64,000 nucleotides of DNA from assembly GCA_964016885.1 (NCBI GenBank), contig OZ024744.1:121024001-121088000 (forward strand). Direction: 5' to 3'. Position numbers and translations under genes: made by a program. Below, piece by piece: positions 1 through 11,431 of this stretch. The notes beneath the pieces are model-generated. The model did no database searches. It worked only from the letters and a program-made list of their open reading frames with translations, and was not told the origin of the DNA. How positions within the stretch are numbered: the first letter of the stretch is position 1; every line of letters begins with the position of its first letter. This stretch comes from Eledone cirrhosa. Taxonomy: Eukaryota.

Positions 1-820
1 TATAATGCTCGGTGTGTTTGTAAACAAACATCCCGAATTAAGCCGTACAGTGTCTAACAACCATCGTTGTTCATTTGTTCAACCCTGACAAAGGAACGCT
101 GTACTAATTTCAAGCTTATTAGCTATCGTCAGCAACGTATACCTTCCTGCCAGATTGTTGAACGTATATACTTACGGCTTAATACGGGATGTTTGTTTAC
201 AAACACACCGAGCATTATAATAAATGTTCGGTGAATCCATACGTACATATATATATGTGTGCATGTATGTATATATATATACATACTACTGTACGTCTGT
301 ATACATATATGTATGTACGTATACATACTTATATTTAAGTAACAGCGGTACTAAGAGTGAGAAATGAAATTTCTTTTCATTTTTTCCGTTTATCGTTTTC
401 GGTACCCCGGCCGATTAACTCACTCGATATGCAAATTAGGCTGCTCAGCCGTTAATATGCATAAGGAAACTATATACTTTCAGACGTTCAATCATCTGGC
501 AGGAAGGTATACGTTGCTGGCAATAGCTAATAAGCTTGAAACTAGTACAGCGTTCCTTTGTCAGTGTTGAACAGATGAGCAACGGTGGTTGCTAGACACT
601 GTACGGCTTAATTCGGGATATTTGTTTACAAACACACCAAGCATTATAATAAATGTTCGGTGAATCCATACGTACATATATATATGTGTGCATGCATGTA
701 TATATATATATACATACTACTGTACGTCTGTATACATATATGTACGTACGTATACATACTTATATTTAAGTAACAGCCGTACTAAGAGTGAGAAATGAAA
801 TTTCATTTCATTTTTTCCGT
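1..820. mobile_element. PLE-type pseudo-LTR fragment with inverted and direct repeats
   Basis: 1-165 is the reverse complement of ~484-648; 173-390 recurs directly at ~602-821; 1-47 is also inverted at 173-219. It carries a hammerhead motif and ends at a (TA)n tract (821-848). Confidence 0.6.
96..138 (-). ncRNA. Minimal type I hammerhead ribozyme motif
   Basis: Minus strand reads ACGTTG CTGACGA t-AGCT aata AGCT-t GAAA TTAG TA CAGCGT: stem I, intact CUGANGA/GAAA core, stem II, short stem III, GUA cleavage site. The mirror copy at 511-553 (+) has the core mutated to CTGGCAA and a palindromic stem III (CTAG). Confidence 0.75.
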
Positions 821-1054
821 TTATATATATATATATATATATATATATTTCGTTTCTGAATTTGTTTAGCAAGATTCTTTATCTGAAATCGTGTGTTGAA
901 ACCGATATTGTTATACTTTGGGAGGGTCATGTTGCCAATAAGAAACACACGCACCAGTTGCTTTCACTTCAATTTATTATATATTTATAAATTTATAAAT
1001 TTATAAATTTCTGGTTGGTTGGTTCGTTCCACAACCAGATAGTTGTTTATATAT

Positions 1055-1099
1055 AGTCATAGTTCTTTCGTCACACACTCTGTGACCTCTTCAGTGACT
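1055..1099 (-). ncRNA. Minimal hammerhead ribozyme motif (mirror of 2076-2120)
   Basis: Reverse complement of 2076-2120. Confidence 0.7.
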
Positions 1100-1297
1100 G
1101 GGGATTCCTTTCTTTGTTTCTGTGCCTCTCCTTTGTTCTGTCCTACGCCATTTTGTTTCTGTGTGTGTGTTGTGTGCTCAGTCTGCGCATGCGCCACATA
1201 GGTGTCTGTGTGTGTTTATGTTCATTTATTTATTTGTTTATTTACATGTTACTGGTTGGTTGTTTGTTCTATGTGTGTGTGTGTTTTCATTTTGTCC

Positions 1298-1660
1298 CTA
1301 ATTGTAAGTTGTGATGTTGCTGTTCCACTCATATTTTCTATTTAATTTTGGTTGTAATTCTTTTATGTTTATTGCCTCTGTAATTTGTCTAAACATTGCG
1401 TCTTTTCTGTGTGTAGATTCTATTTTTATTTCTATGTTCTCTAATTTACCCTTGTGTTCTATCTTAGCATGTTGGTAGAGTACAGATGGTTCTTTATTAT
1501 CTTGAAGGTCTCGCCAGTGTTCATTTATCCGTTCCCCTACACTACGAGCTGTCTCACCTATGTACACTATATTTTTGTCTCTACATTGTTCTTCAGTACA
1601 TCTTATGCTATACACTACATTTCTAGTTTTACAGTTAATATGGGGGCTTATTTTACAGGT
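1298..1660 (-). pseudogene. PLE GIY-YIG endonuclease C-terminal fragment
   Basis: CK..PHINCKTRNVVYSIRC...YIGETARSVGERINEH...R..TEAINIKELQPKLNRK matches the PLE GIY-YIG pattern (VVY, YIGET, R, H, E, LN). Confidence 0.9.
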
Positions 1661-2075
1661 TATACCTTCAAGATAATAAAGAATCATCTGTACTCTACCA
1701 ACATGCTAAGATAGAACACAAGGGTAAATTAGAGAACATAGAAATAAAAATAGAATCTTCACACAGAAAAGACGCAATGTTTAGACAAATTACAGAGGCA
1801 ATAAACATAAAAGAATTACAACCAAAATTAAATAGAAAATATGAGTGGAACAGCAACATCACAACTTACAATTAGGGACAAAATGAAAACACACACACAC
1901 ATAGAACAAACAACCAACCAGTAACATGTAAATAAACAAATAAATAAATGAACATAAACACACACAGACACCCGGATGTGGTGCATGCGCAGACTGGGCA
2001 CACAACACACACACAGAAACAAAATGGCGTAGGACAGAACAAAGGAGAGGCACAGAAACAAAGAAAGGAATCCCC

Positions 2076-2120
2076 AGTCACTGAAGAGGTCACAGAGTGT
2101 GTGACGAAAGAACTATGACT
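2076..2120 (+). ncRNA. Minimal type I hammerhead ribozyme motif in PLE pLTR
   Basis: AGTCA CTGAAGA g GTCACA gagtg TGTGAC GAAA GAAC TA TGACT: stem I AGTCA/TGACT, stem II GTCACA/TGTGAC, very short stem III, CUA cleavage site. Confidence 0.7.
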
Positions 2121-2279
2121 ATATATAAACAACTATCTGGTTGTGGAACCAACCAACCAACCAGAAATTTATAAATTTATAAATTTATAAATATATAATA
2201 AATTGAAGTGAAAGCAACTGGTGTGTGTGTTTCTTATTGGCAACACACAAGTATAACAATAGTATATATACCAAAGTAT

Positions 2280-2316
<37 letters not shown>

Positions 2317-2437
2317 ACAAGTAAATAGAAATAAAGTAACAGGAAAAATGCAAAAATAAATATTCTCATACTTCTGGCTTGGATAAAAAAAACTTTAAAT
2401 TAGAATTTAAGTATTTTGATTTTTAAAAAAAATCTCC

Positions 2438-2484
2438 TTATCATTATCATCGTTTAACGCCTATCTTCCACGCTAGCATGGGTT
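2438..2484 (-). mobile_element. Short 3' tail fragment of an RTE-type LINE/SINE
   Basis: Minus strand AACCCATGCTAGCGTGGAAGATAGGCGTTAAACGATGATAATGA ends in (ATG)n-like repeats; resembles an RTE-family tail from memory only. Confidence 0.45.
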
Positions 2485-2821
2485 TATATTTATATGCTCA
2501 GGTCCAAAATAATAGTGGTGGTGGAACAAGTGTGGGTGTGTGGGATAATCAGAGTGCGTGGGAGATAAGTAGGGGGTTGGATGAAGTTTGGGGAATTGGA
2601 ATAAAACAGAGGGGGATGGGGACGGAAAATCAGTAATTTTTTCTAGGTTGTCTGTTGATTTTTTAAAAACTAGAGTTACTCATTTAGTTTACATATTGAG
2701 ACACCAACCCATCCTGTTTATTTTATAACATATGGGATTTCTAGTAATGTGTTTCTTTTGTCATGTATAATTGTTTCTACTTGTGGCACAAGGTCAGCAA
2801 TTTTCTATAATATCTCACATA

Positions 2822-3100
2822 ACATTTACATATTGTGAGATATTATGTGAGGTAAAGCCTTTACTGTAAAAATACAATAGTATATATAGAGTAATGTAAA
2901 TGGTATGTGAGATATTATGTGAAGTAAAGCCTTTACTGTGAAAATACAATAGTATATATAGAGTAATGTAAATGTTGTGTGAGATATTATGTGAGGTAAA
3001 GCCTTTACTGTGAAAATACAATAGTATATATAGAGTAATGTAAATGTTGTGTGAGATATTACGTGAGGTAAAGCCTTTACTGTGAAAATACAATTGTATA
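2822..3100. repeat. 72-bp tandem repeat, ~3.7 copies; last unit interrupted and resumed at 3716-3740
   Basis: Unit TGTGAGATATTATGTGAGGTAAAGCCTTTACTGTGAAAATACAATAGTATATATAGAGTAATGTAAATGTTG; 24-aa periodicity in the ORF track. Confidence 0.9.
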
Positions 3101-3715
3101 TGTAGTGACCTACATTCCGCGGGCTCACATACATTCTCTGTGCGTGATTTGGCTCAGCTCAGCCAATCAACGCCAGTAGAAGAGGATGTATCCCTACGCG
3201 CCCTGAGGGAGAAATTCCCCGCGAAGATTTGAAGAATCTCTCTCTCGCACCCTGAACTTCGAACCAGCAACACATACAACATATGACGGTGAGATTTTGC
3301 ACTTTGGCCTGTCGGCCTTCTTTGGGCCTGGCACAATGGCACATTCCCTTTTGTAACCTTATTTTATGTGTAACTTCAACCATACAAGTTAACAAACATT
3401 ATTTGTGCTACAACAAGGGCAGTGGATTGGCAGGATCGGTAGGGGGTCGGACGCCATGCTTTGACGTATAGAGTTACGGCCCTTGTCATTCTGAGTTCAA
3501 ATCCCGCCGAGGTTAACTTTGCCTTTCATCCTTACGGGGTCGATAAAATAAAGTACCAGTAATACACTGGGATAATTGCTGGCCTTGTGCCAAAAGTAGA
3601 AATAATTATTTGTGCTACAACAAAAATAAACATACATTTCATCTCTAATTTCTGCTGTTGACATCATTATTATGTTACTCGTGTCTCAATAACATTTATA
3701 CACTATGCTGCTAAA
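3101..3715 (+). mobile_element. Probable solo LTR
   Basis: Starts TGTAGT, ends GCTAAA (one change from GCTACA); AATAAA at ~3625; 4-bp TATA duplication relative to the interrupted 72-bp unit; more GC-rich interior. Confidence 0.6.
3417..3604 (+). mobile_element. tRNA-derived SINE with target-site duplication
   Basis: B-box-like GAGTTCAAATCC; central GCCTTTCATCCTTACGGGGTCGATAAAATAAAGTACCAG; flanking direct repeat ATTATTTGTGCTACAACAA at 3398-3416 and 3605-3623. Confidence 0.85.
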
Positions 3716-4107
3716 TATATATAGAGTAATGTAAATGTTAAAGGGTTAATTTGATTGATCCCCAGAAAGATAAAAAGACAAATTTGACCTAGGTTGGATT
3801 TGAACTAAAAAAATCAAGAGTCAACACAAATAATGTGTAAAGGGTGCTGTGCTCATCTTATGTACAGAGATGCTATAAAGATAACTTATAGAATAGGGTT
3901 CAAGACTGTTAAAAACGGAAAAAAAAGTTGCCATATCTCCGACTACAAACACACCATTTTTTATTTTAACTTTATCCTCTTAGCACATTGTAAAAGTCTG
4001 AGACATCAACTACATATACATGATGCTTGTTAAAATAATGTATAATATTAATATTTTGTCTGATGCCTTAATGACAGTTAATCCAGCCTCCTCATTTACA
4101 TCAGATA

Positions 4108-4712
4108 AATAATTGTTTCTACTTTTGGCACAAGGCCAACAATTTGGCAGTGGGAAGAAAGTTGATTAAAGTCACCTCAGTAAATTTTTAGTACTTTATT
4201 TTCTCGACCCTGTAAGGATGAAAGGCAAAGTTAACCTTGGTGAGATTTGAACTCAGACTATAGCTGGAAATCATGTCCGACCCTACCGATACTGACAAAC
4301 AATGGTTTCTGATTTAGGCATAAGGCCAACAATTTTGGGGGAGGGACAGGATGAAAATCTAAGATGAACCAGTACATTACTGGTACTTTATTTTACCGGC
4401 CTCATAAGGATGAAAGGCAAACCTAACTTCCATGAGATTTGAACTCATAACGTAAAGGGACGTAACTCTATGCAACAAAGCATGTTGCCCGATGCTCTAC
4501 CGATTACTGCCGATCCACATTATAATTGTTTCTACTTTAGGCACAAGGCCAGTAATTACCCAGTGCATTACTGGTACTTTATTTTATCGACCCCGTAAGG
4601 ATGAAAGGCAAAGTCAACCTCGGCGGGATTTGAACTCAGATCGTAAAGGGACGTAACTATGCTGGAAAGCATGGCGTCCGACCCTCTACCGATACTGCCA
4701 ATCCACTGCCGA
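4108..4712 (-). mobile_element. Three head-to-tail copies of the same SINE family
   Basis: Each unit (~4110-4298, ~4300-4517, ~4522-4711) contains the reverse complement of the 3417-3604 motifs. The last is closest to the plus-strand copy. Degraded pieces also occur at ~2770-2803 and ~3745-3810. Confidence 0.85.
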
Positions 4713-5299
4713 TCCACATTATAATATAATGGTTTCATGTTTAGTCACAAAGCCATTATAATAATGGAAAAAAAAAGAAAAAGAAAAATGAAAGAAGGAA
4801 AGGAAACGAAAACAGAGAGAGGGAAATGTGGTCGGGGAGGGGTAGAGATTCTATTCTCATAGTTAGTAGTTATATGACAACATCGACAACATGGTGAAGG
4901 TGTTTCAACATTAATGGCCTGAAGTTCCCGCTATACCAGCTATTCCACTTTACAAAACAAACACTTCAGTCTTAGCAGGATTGTATATCTTAGCTGCACC
5001 CCATCGACAAACAAACAACAAAGCATTACCATAGAGAGTAACCAGAACTACCTGCTAACTGAGCCACTCCTAATTCACAAATGTCTACACCTTTAGAAAA
5101 TATCTCACTTTTTCACACTATCGTAGACAGCATGCTGTAAACATTGACACAAACAACACCAAACGTATTTAAATAAAACGTTATATTACCTTTCACAAAT
5201 TTCTGTGACATTTTTCCTGCAATTTTCTATGTCCTAACACTCTGAAGCCCCCGCCCGCACATGCCTCTATACTCACCTACTCAATTCCCTCACACATCA

Positions 5300-7832
5300 A
5301 GAACACCAGCAACCAGTCCGCAATGTAAAGTCGTCATTTAGGTGTCACAACAAAAGTACCCAGTCCACACTGTAAATTGGTCAAGTAGGTGTCACAACAA
5401 AAAGTACACAATACACTCTGTAAAGTAGTCATCTAGGTGTCACAACTAAAAGTACCCAACCCAGTCCACACGGTAAAGTAGTCATATAGGTGTCACAACA
5501 AGAAGTACCCAGTTCACACTGTAAGGTGGTCATGTAAGTGTCACAAAAAAAGTACCCAGTACACACTGTAAAGTAGTCATGTAGGAGTCACAACAAAATG
5601 TACCCAGCACACTGTAAAGTGGTCATGTAGGTGTGACAACAAAAGGTACCGCGTCCGCACTGTAAAGTAGTCATGTAGGTGTCACAACAACAAGTATCCA
5701 GTCCACACTGTAAAGTGGTCATGTAGGTGTCACAACAAAAAATTCCCAGTACACACTGTAATGTGGTCATGTAGTTGTCGGAACAAAAATTACCCAGTCC
5801 ACAGTGCAAAGTCGTCATTTACATGTTACAGCAAAAGGTACCCACTACACACTGTAGGGTGGTCAGGTAGGTTTCATAACAAAAGCCAGTACACACTGTA
5901 AAGTAGTCATGTAGGTGTCACAACAAAAAGTACTCAGTACACACTGTAAAGTGCTCATGTAGGTGTCACAACAAAAGGTACCCAGTATACACTGTAGAGG
6001 GGTCATGTAGGTGTCACAACAAAAAGTACCCAGTACACAATGTAAAGTGGTCATGTAGGTGTCACAACAAAAAGAACCCAGTACACACTGTAAAGTGGTC
6101 ATGTAGGTGTCACAACAAAAAGTACCCAGTACACACTGTAAAGTGGTCAGGTAGGTGTCATAACAAAAAGTACCCAGTACACACTGTAAAGTGGTCATGT
6201 AGGTGTCACGACAAAATGTACCCAGTCCACACTGTAAAGTGGTCATGTAGGTGTCACAACAAAAAGTACCCAGTACACACTGTAAAGTGGTCATGTAGGT
6301 GTCACAACAAAAAGTACCCAGTCTACACTGTAAAGTGGTCATGTAGGTGTCACAACAAAAAGTACGCAGTACCAACTGTAAAGTAGTCATGTAGGTGTCA
6401 TGACAAAAAGTACCCAGTACACGCTGTAAAGTGGTCATGTAGGTGTCATGACAAAAAGTACCCAGTACACACTGTAAAGTAGTCAGGTAGGTGTCATGAC
6501 AAAAAGTACCCAGTACACGCTGTAAAGTCGTCATGTAGGTGTCACAACAAAAAGTACCCAGTACACACTGTAAAGTGGTCATGTAGGTGTCACAACAAAA
6601 AGTACCCAGTACACACTGTAAAGTAGTCATGTAGGTGCCACAACAAAAACTACCCAGTACACACTCTAAAGTGCTCATGTAGGTGTCACAACAAAAAGTA
6701 CCCAGTACACTCTGTAAAGTGGTCATGTATGTGTCACAACAAAAAGTACCCATTACCCAATGTAAAGTGGACATGTATCTGTAACAACAAAAAGAACCCA
6801 TTACACACTGTAAAATGGTCATGTAGGTGGCACAACAAAAATACCCAGTCCACACTGTAAAGCGTTCATGTAGGTGTTATGACAAAAAGTACCTAGTACA
6901 CACACTAAAGTGCTTATGTAGGTGACACAACAAAAATACCCAGAATACACTGTAAAGTAGTCATGTAGGTGTCACAACAAAAAGAACCCAGGACACACTG
7001 TAAAGTGGTCATGTAGGTGTCAAACAAAAATTACCCACTACACACTGTAAAGTGGTCATGTAGGTGTCACAACAAAAAGTACCCAGACCACACTGTAAAG
7101 TCGTCATTTAGGTGTTATAGCAAAAAGTACCCAGTCCACAATGTAAAGTAGTCATGTAGGTGTCACAACAAAAAATACCCAGTACACACTGTAGAGTGGC
7201 ATGTAGGTGTCACAACAAAAAGTACCCATTACTCACTGTAAAGTGGTCATGTAGGTGTCACAACAAAATGTACCCAGTACACAATGTAAAGTAGTCAAGT
7301 AATTGTGCCAACAAAAAGTACCCAGTACACACTGTAAAGTAGTCATATAGGTGTCACAAAAAGGAGTAACCAGTACACACTGTAAAGTAGTCATATAGGT
7401 GTCACAACAAAAGGTACCTAGTCCGCACTCTAAAGTCGTCATTTACGTGTTACAGCAAAAAGTACCCAGTACACATTGTAAAGAACTCATGTAGCTGTCA
7501 CAGCGAAAACTACTCAGTACACACTGTAGAAGTGTTCCTGTAGGTGTCACAACAAAAGTACCCAGTACCCACTGTAAGGTGGTAATATAAGGGTCACAAC
7601 AAATATTATCCAGTCCAGATTGTAAAGTGATCATGTAGGTGTCACAACAAAGATACCCAGTACACACTGTAAGGTGGTCATGTAGGTGTCACAACAAAAT
7701 GTACCCAGTCCACACTGTAAAGTGATCATGTAGGTGGTGCCACAACAAAAAGTACCCAGTACACACCGTAAAGTGGTCATGTAGATGTCACAACAAAATG
7801 TACCCAGTACACACTGTAAAGTAGTCGTGTAA
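5300..7832. repeat. 48-bp minisatellite, ~52 diverged copies
   Basis: Unit GTCACAACAAAAAGTACCCAGTACACACTGTAAAGTGGTCATGTAGGT; 16-aa periodicity (MTTLQCVLGTFCCDTY) on the minus strand; many indels. Confidence 0.97.
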
Positions 7833-7958
7833 AGTTGTTTGATAACCTAGTCGAGAGCTTACTACACTTTTAATGTTTGTTTATTACTCTGATCTATAAT
7901 CTATCGATTTATCGATTTTATCTCAGTGAGTGCTTTTTGCCAACTTTTGAGGATTGTT

Positions 7959-8298
7959 TTGTAACATGTTAATAGCGTATAATTAGATAGGGGGAAAGAA
8001 TAATGCCTGACCGTTTATTTTCAAATCTTAAGTTAATTGAAAATAGTCAATTAATCAAATGACCTAAGATTTTAGACTATAACATTTTAAAGGATTTATA
8101 TTATTGTACTATATCTCTTTCACGTTACATTTGCTTTAACTCAGATATAATACAATAATATAAATCCTTTAAAATGTTCTCTAAAATCTTAGGTCATTTG
8201 ATTAATTGACTATTTTCAATTAACTTAAGATTTGAAAATAAACGGTCAAGCATTATTCTTTCCTCTTATCTAATTATACTCTATTTTACATGTTACAA
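7959..8298. mobile_element. Foldback/MITE-like element
   Basis: ~157-bp inverted arms (TTGTAACATG...TATATCT / AGATATA...CATGTTACAA) around a ~26-bp spacer. Confidence 0.75.
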
Positions 8299-8577
8299 TA
8301 CATATCTCCCTTCCTTTGTTTATACGATTTAACTTATTTTCCTCTCTCTATCATTTGATCATTTCTCCCTTCTCTTGTTCCTACGGTCAAATCTTTTTTT
8401 TTCTCTCTTTCCTCATGATTTGCTATCTCAATCTATCACTTCCACTATGTACAATAATGAGGTATGAATATATTATTATTATTTAAATTCTTAACAGTTA
8501 TATAAGTTTATGTATTATATATTATTAATTATTTATATATCTTTTTACACATTCTCATACGCACCCTCTCTATTATA

Positions 8578-11144
8578 TATAATAAATCAAATCCTCTGCC
8601 TCCTTCACTGTATTTGTCACCAAAACTATGTCGTCGGTAAATTCAGCATCTGATACCTTTTTCACCTTAACTCTCCTGCTCTGAGCCGGTGCTACAGTAA
8701 AGCCAGAGTCCTGGTGTTTCTCCAGTGCAAGGTGCATACAATAGTCCACTACGATGATAAAAAGGTAGGGAGCCAATGTATCTCCCTGGAGCACTCCAGA
8801 CAGTATCTCAAAGAACTCTGTCATCCCTCAGGTGTAATGACATGGGCTTTGGTGTTGATGTAGAGCAGTAATATCAGGTCCACTATCTTCTTGGGGATTC
8901 CATAAGCCTGTAAGATCTTCATCAGGCAGTGACGGTCCACAGAATCAAAGGCCTTCCTAAAGTCAATGAAAACCATGACCGCAGGAAGGCACTTTGCTCT
9001 ATCTCCCTCTAATATCCTCCTCAGTATCAGGATGTGACTGGTGGTGGATCTTCCCTCTCTGAAGTCGTTCTGGTTGTCCCTGAGCTTCTTCTCCATCTTG
9101 GCTGGATCCTGTTAAGAATCATCCTGTTGAGGGTCTTTGCCACAAGTGACGTCAGTGAGATCCCCTGTAGTTGTTGGTGTTAGAGAGATCTCCCTTCTTT
9201 GGCACTGGGACGATGTTACTGATCCTCCACTGATTCGGGGCAACTCTTTTCTCCAGTGCCTGGTTACAGAGCCCCAGGATGATATCATCAAAATCCCACC
9301 TCTTCATCACCTCTGATGCCACTCCATCTTCTCCATGAGCCTTGCCCTCCTTGATCCTCTTCTTGGCTCTCTGAAGCTCCTCTCTGGTGAAGGGCTCTGT
9401 CTCAATATCCAGTTCTTCAAACAGCCGCTTGATCTCCCCAGTGCTCTGGGCTGCGGAGGGTGGCCCTCCTAGTAGGGTCCTAAAATGGTCTAGCCATTTC
9501 CTCTTCCTATCCTCGGGCCTCGTTCCCTGGATCTGACTCGAACACCTTTTCTTCCTCCCTGTGATCTCGTTGATGATCATCCAGCTCTCCTTACATCCAG
9601 ACGTCCCAACCGCTCTCTCCACACTTCTGATCTTCTCTATCAGTGCCTCCTCTCTGACCTCAGTGTAAGCGGTACAAAGTTCTTCCCTCATCACCTCCAC
9701 AGTCTCCATCCTCTCCTCCGTAGGATCAGCATAGAATTGGTCCCTGGCAGCTTTCAGGTGTTCTCTGGCTGCACACACTTTAGGGTTTGCAGAGCTGACA
9801 TGCTTCCTTTTGTTCTTTTTCCTCGGCACCAGGGTTTCACTTGCTTCCGCCACTGCATTGGTGAAGTGCCCGTACCTCCTCTGTCCATCCAATCTCTCTC
9901 TCCTCTGACTCTCCACACAGAGCACTGAACCTGTTCTTCACTTCCACTGTGAACCTCTCTTGTAGCTTATCATCTTCCTTGAAAGCTCCCCAGTCATAGA
10001 TTGCTCTCCGGGGCTGAGCCTTGCTCTTTCTTAAGCTCACCCGGACCTCATCCATAACAAGCTGGTGATCACTACCCAGTGTACTGAAATAACTGTATGG
10101 TTCTGTGTTCAGAACACTATTCCGCCACTTTTTCCTCACCAGAATGAAATCAATCTGGGACTTGGACAGCTGAATATCTGAGATGTAGGTCCACATCTTC
10201 CCTGGATTCTTCCTAAACCTTAGGTTGGTCGCTATCAAGTTCGCCTCCAGCAGGGTGTCTCTCAGTAGTATTCCATTTCGGTTGGTGTTGTTATGGAAGT
10301 ACCAGCAAGGATTTTCACTGCCCTCCTTACTCAGATATGCATTGAAGTCCCCTAAAACAAGCAGGATGTTGTGTGCTTGAGTGGTTTTGACAGCTTTACA
10401 CACCTCCTCATGGAACTCTTCCGCACTCACATCACTGTCTCCCTCGGTTGGACTATAGGCTGAGATGACTGTCAGTCTTGGGTTTCCATTGAAGGTCACC
10501 CTCAACACTCGCGGGGAGACAGGCATTATTTCCCTCAACAATAGACTGGTTTTTGTGCTGAAAACAAAACCCACTCCAGCATTGGTCATGTTCCTCACTG
10601 CCGATGTAGTGATGAGCTGGCTCTTCTTCCCAATCATCGCACTCCTCACGGCTCATCGTGTAGGATCCTGTGTTCTTGGATCGCAAGTATCTGCATACCA
10701 CTCTCCTCGAACAGATGTCCTCTCTCTTCTCCAGCGTCCGAATAGTCCTCACATTCAAAGTGCCCATTTTGATGGCTCTTCTGCGGGACAAAACTGCATT
10801 CTTTATATTTGTCTCAGAGACAGCTGATCCATCATCCACTGGCCCTATCTGTGGCTCTAAGCCAGCAGAGTCATAACGACCAGGCTGCTCCTTGACAGTG
10901 TAATTAGGGGCTCTAACCCTAGTGCTGTTAAATACACTCTCCATATTTCTTTTCAATGGCTGACAATACCTTACCAGCGCCACTCGAATAAGGTAGTTAT
11001 TTAACCCATAAATGGGGCCCTAACAGGTACTACTACTCCGGGCCAGAGCAGATCTGAGTTATGACAATTAAGGGGTAACTCTACATTCCCCACAGCCCCT
11101 GAACTGGAGCCTTGCCACTGGATGTAGTTTAATTTCATACCCAG
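8578..11144 (-). mobile_element. RTE/RTEX-clade non-LTR retrotransposon, frameshifted and 3'-truncated
   Basis: APE endonuclease motifs (MGTLNVRT, AYSPT, LGDFNA, QIDFIL, GSDH) and RT motifs (IVPVPKKGDLS..NYRG, QNDFREGRST, FIDFRKAFDSV, GVLQGDTLAPYLF, FTDD) spread over five frameshifted ORFs from 10983 to 8573; 5' end abuts (TA)n. Confidence 0.93.
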
Positions 11145-11206
11145 ATATATATATATATATAGTGACGAAACATAAGTCAATTGCATGAACTCATAATCCT
11201 TTATTT

Positions 11207-11262
11207 ACTGCTACATATATTTCGATGATAGCCATTGAATGGCTATGACCTTATCAGGCAGT
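11207..11262 (-). ncRNA. Hammerhead ribozyme motif with G8A core change, in an isolated pLTR-like fragment (11161-11326)
   Basis: ACTGC CTGATAA ggtc ATAGCCATT c AATGGCTAT catc GAAA TATATG TA GCAGT; perfect stem I, long stem II; fragment bounded by two (TA)n tracts. Confidence 0.65.
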
Positions 11263-11431
11263 TAGTCAGTTCTTAGATATGCCAGCTCTGTGTTTATAGT
11301 GTTGATGGTATCAGAGCCTTGGGACATATATATATATATATATCTAAGGCGGGTAAAATTCCCGAGATCCATGGACGAGTTCTCTCCAGCGGTCCCTGTC
11401 CCTCATTATCGCTGCCATGTCCTGCATCTCC

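Larger units (their letters stand above)
848..2283. mobile_element. 5'-truncated Penelope-like element with inverted duplication of its 3' end
   Basis: GIY-YIG remnant on the minus strand; ~580-bp near-perfect inverted arms (932-1509 and 1664-2243); a hammerhead in each arm; (TA)n on both sides (821-848, 2284-2311). Confidence 0.85.

Noticed and set aside
3417-3510. tRNA gene
   Set aside because: Only a B-box-like motif within a multicopy SINE with a TSD; no cloverleaf.
3815-3905. Possible minus-strand exon after TTTTTTTCCGTTTTTAACAG
   Set aside because: Acceptor-like site only; short open frame, no clear donor or recognisable homology.
5863-6855. Cys-rich 330-aa metallothionein/keratin-like protein
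   Set aside because: It is the translation of a 48-bp minisatellite whose flanking units are broken by indels and stops.
11290-11431. N-terminal part of the 401-aa ORF as PLE protein
   Set aside because: It reads through a (TA)n tract and unrelated sequence; RT similarity begins only near 11432.
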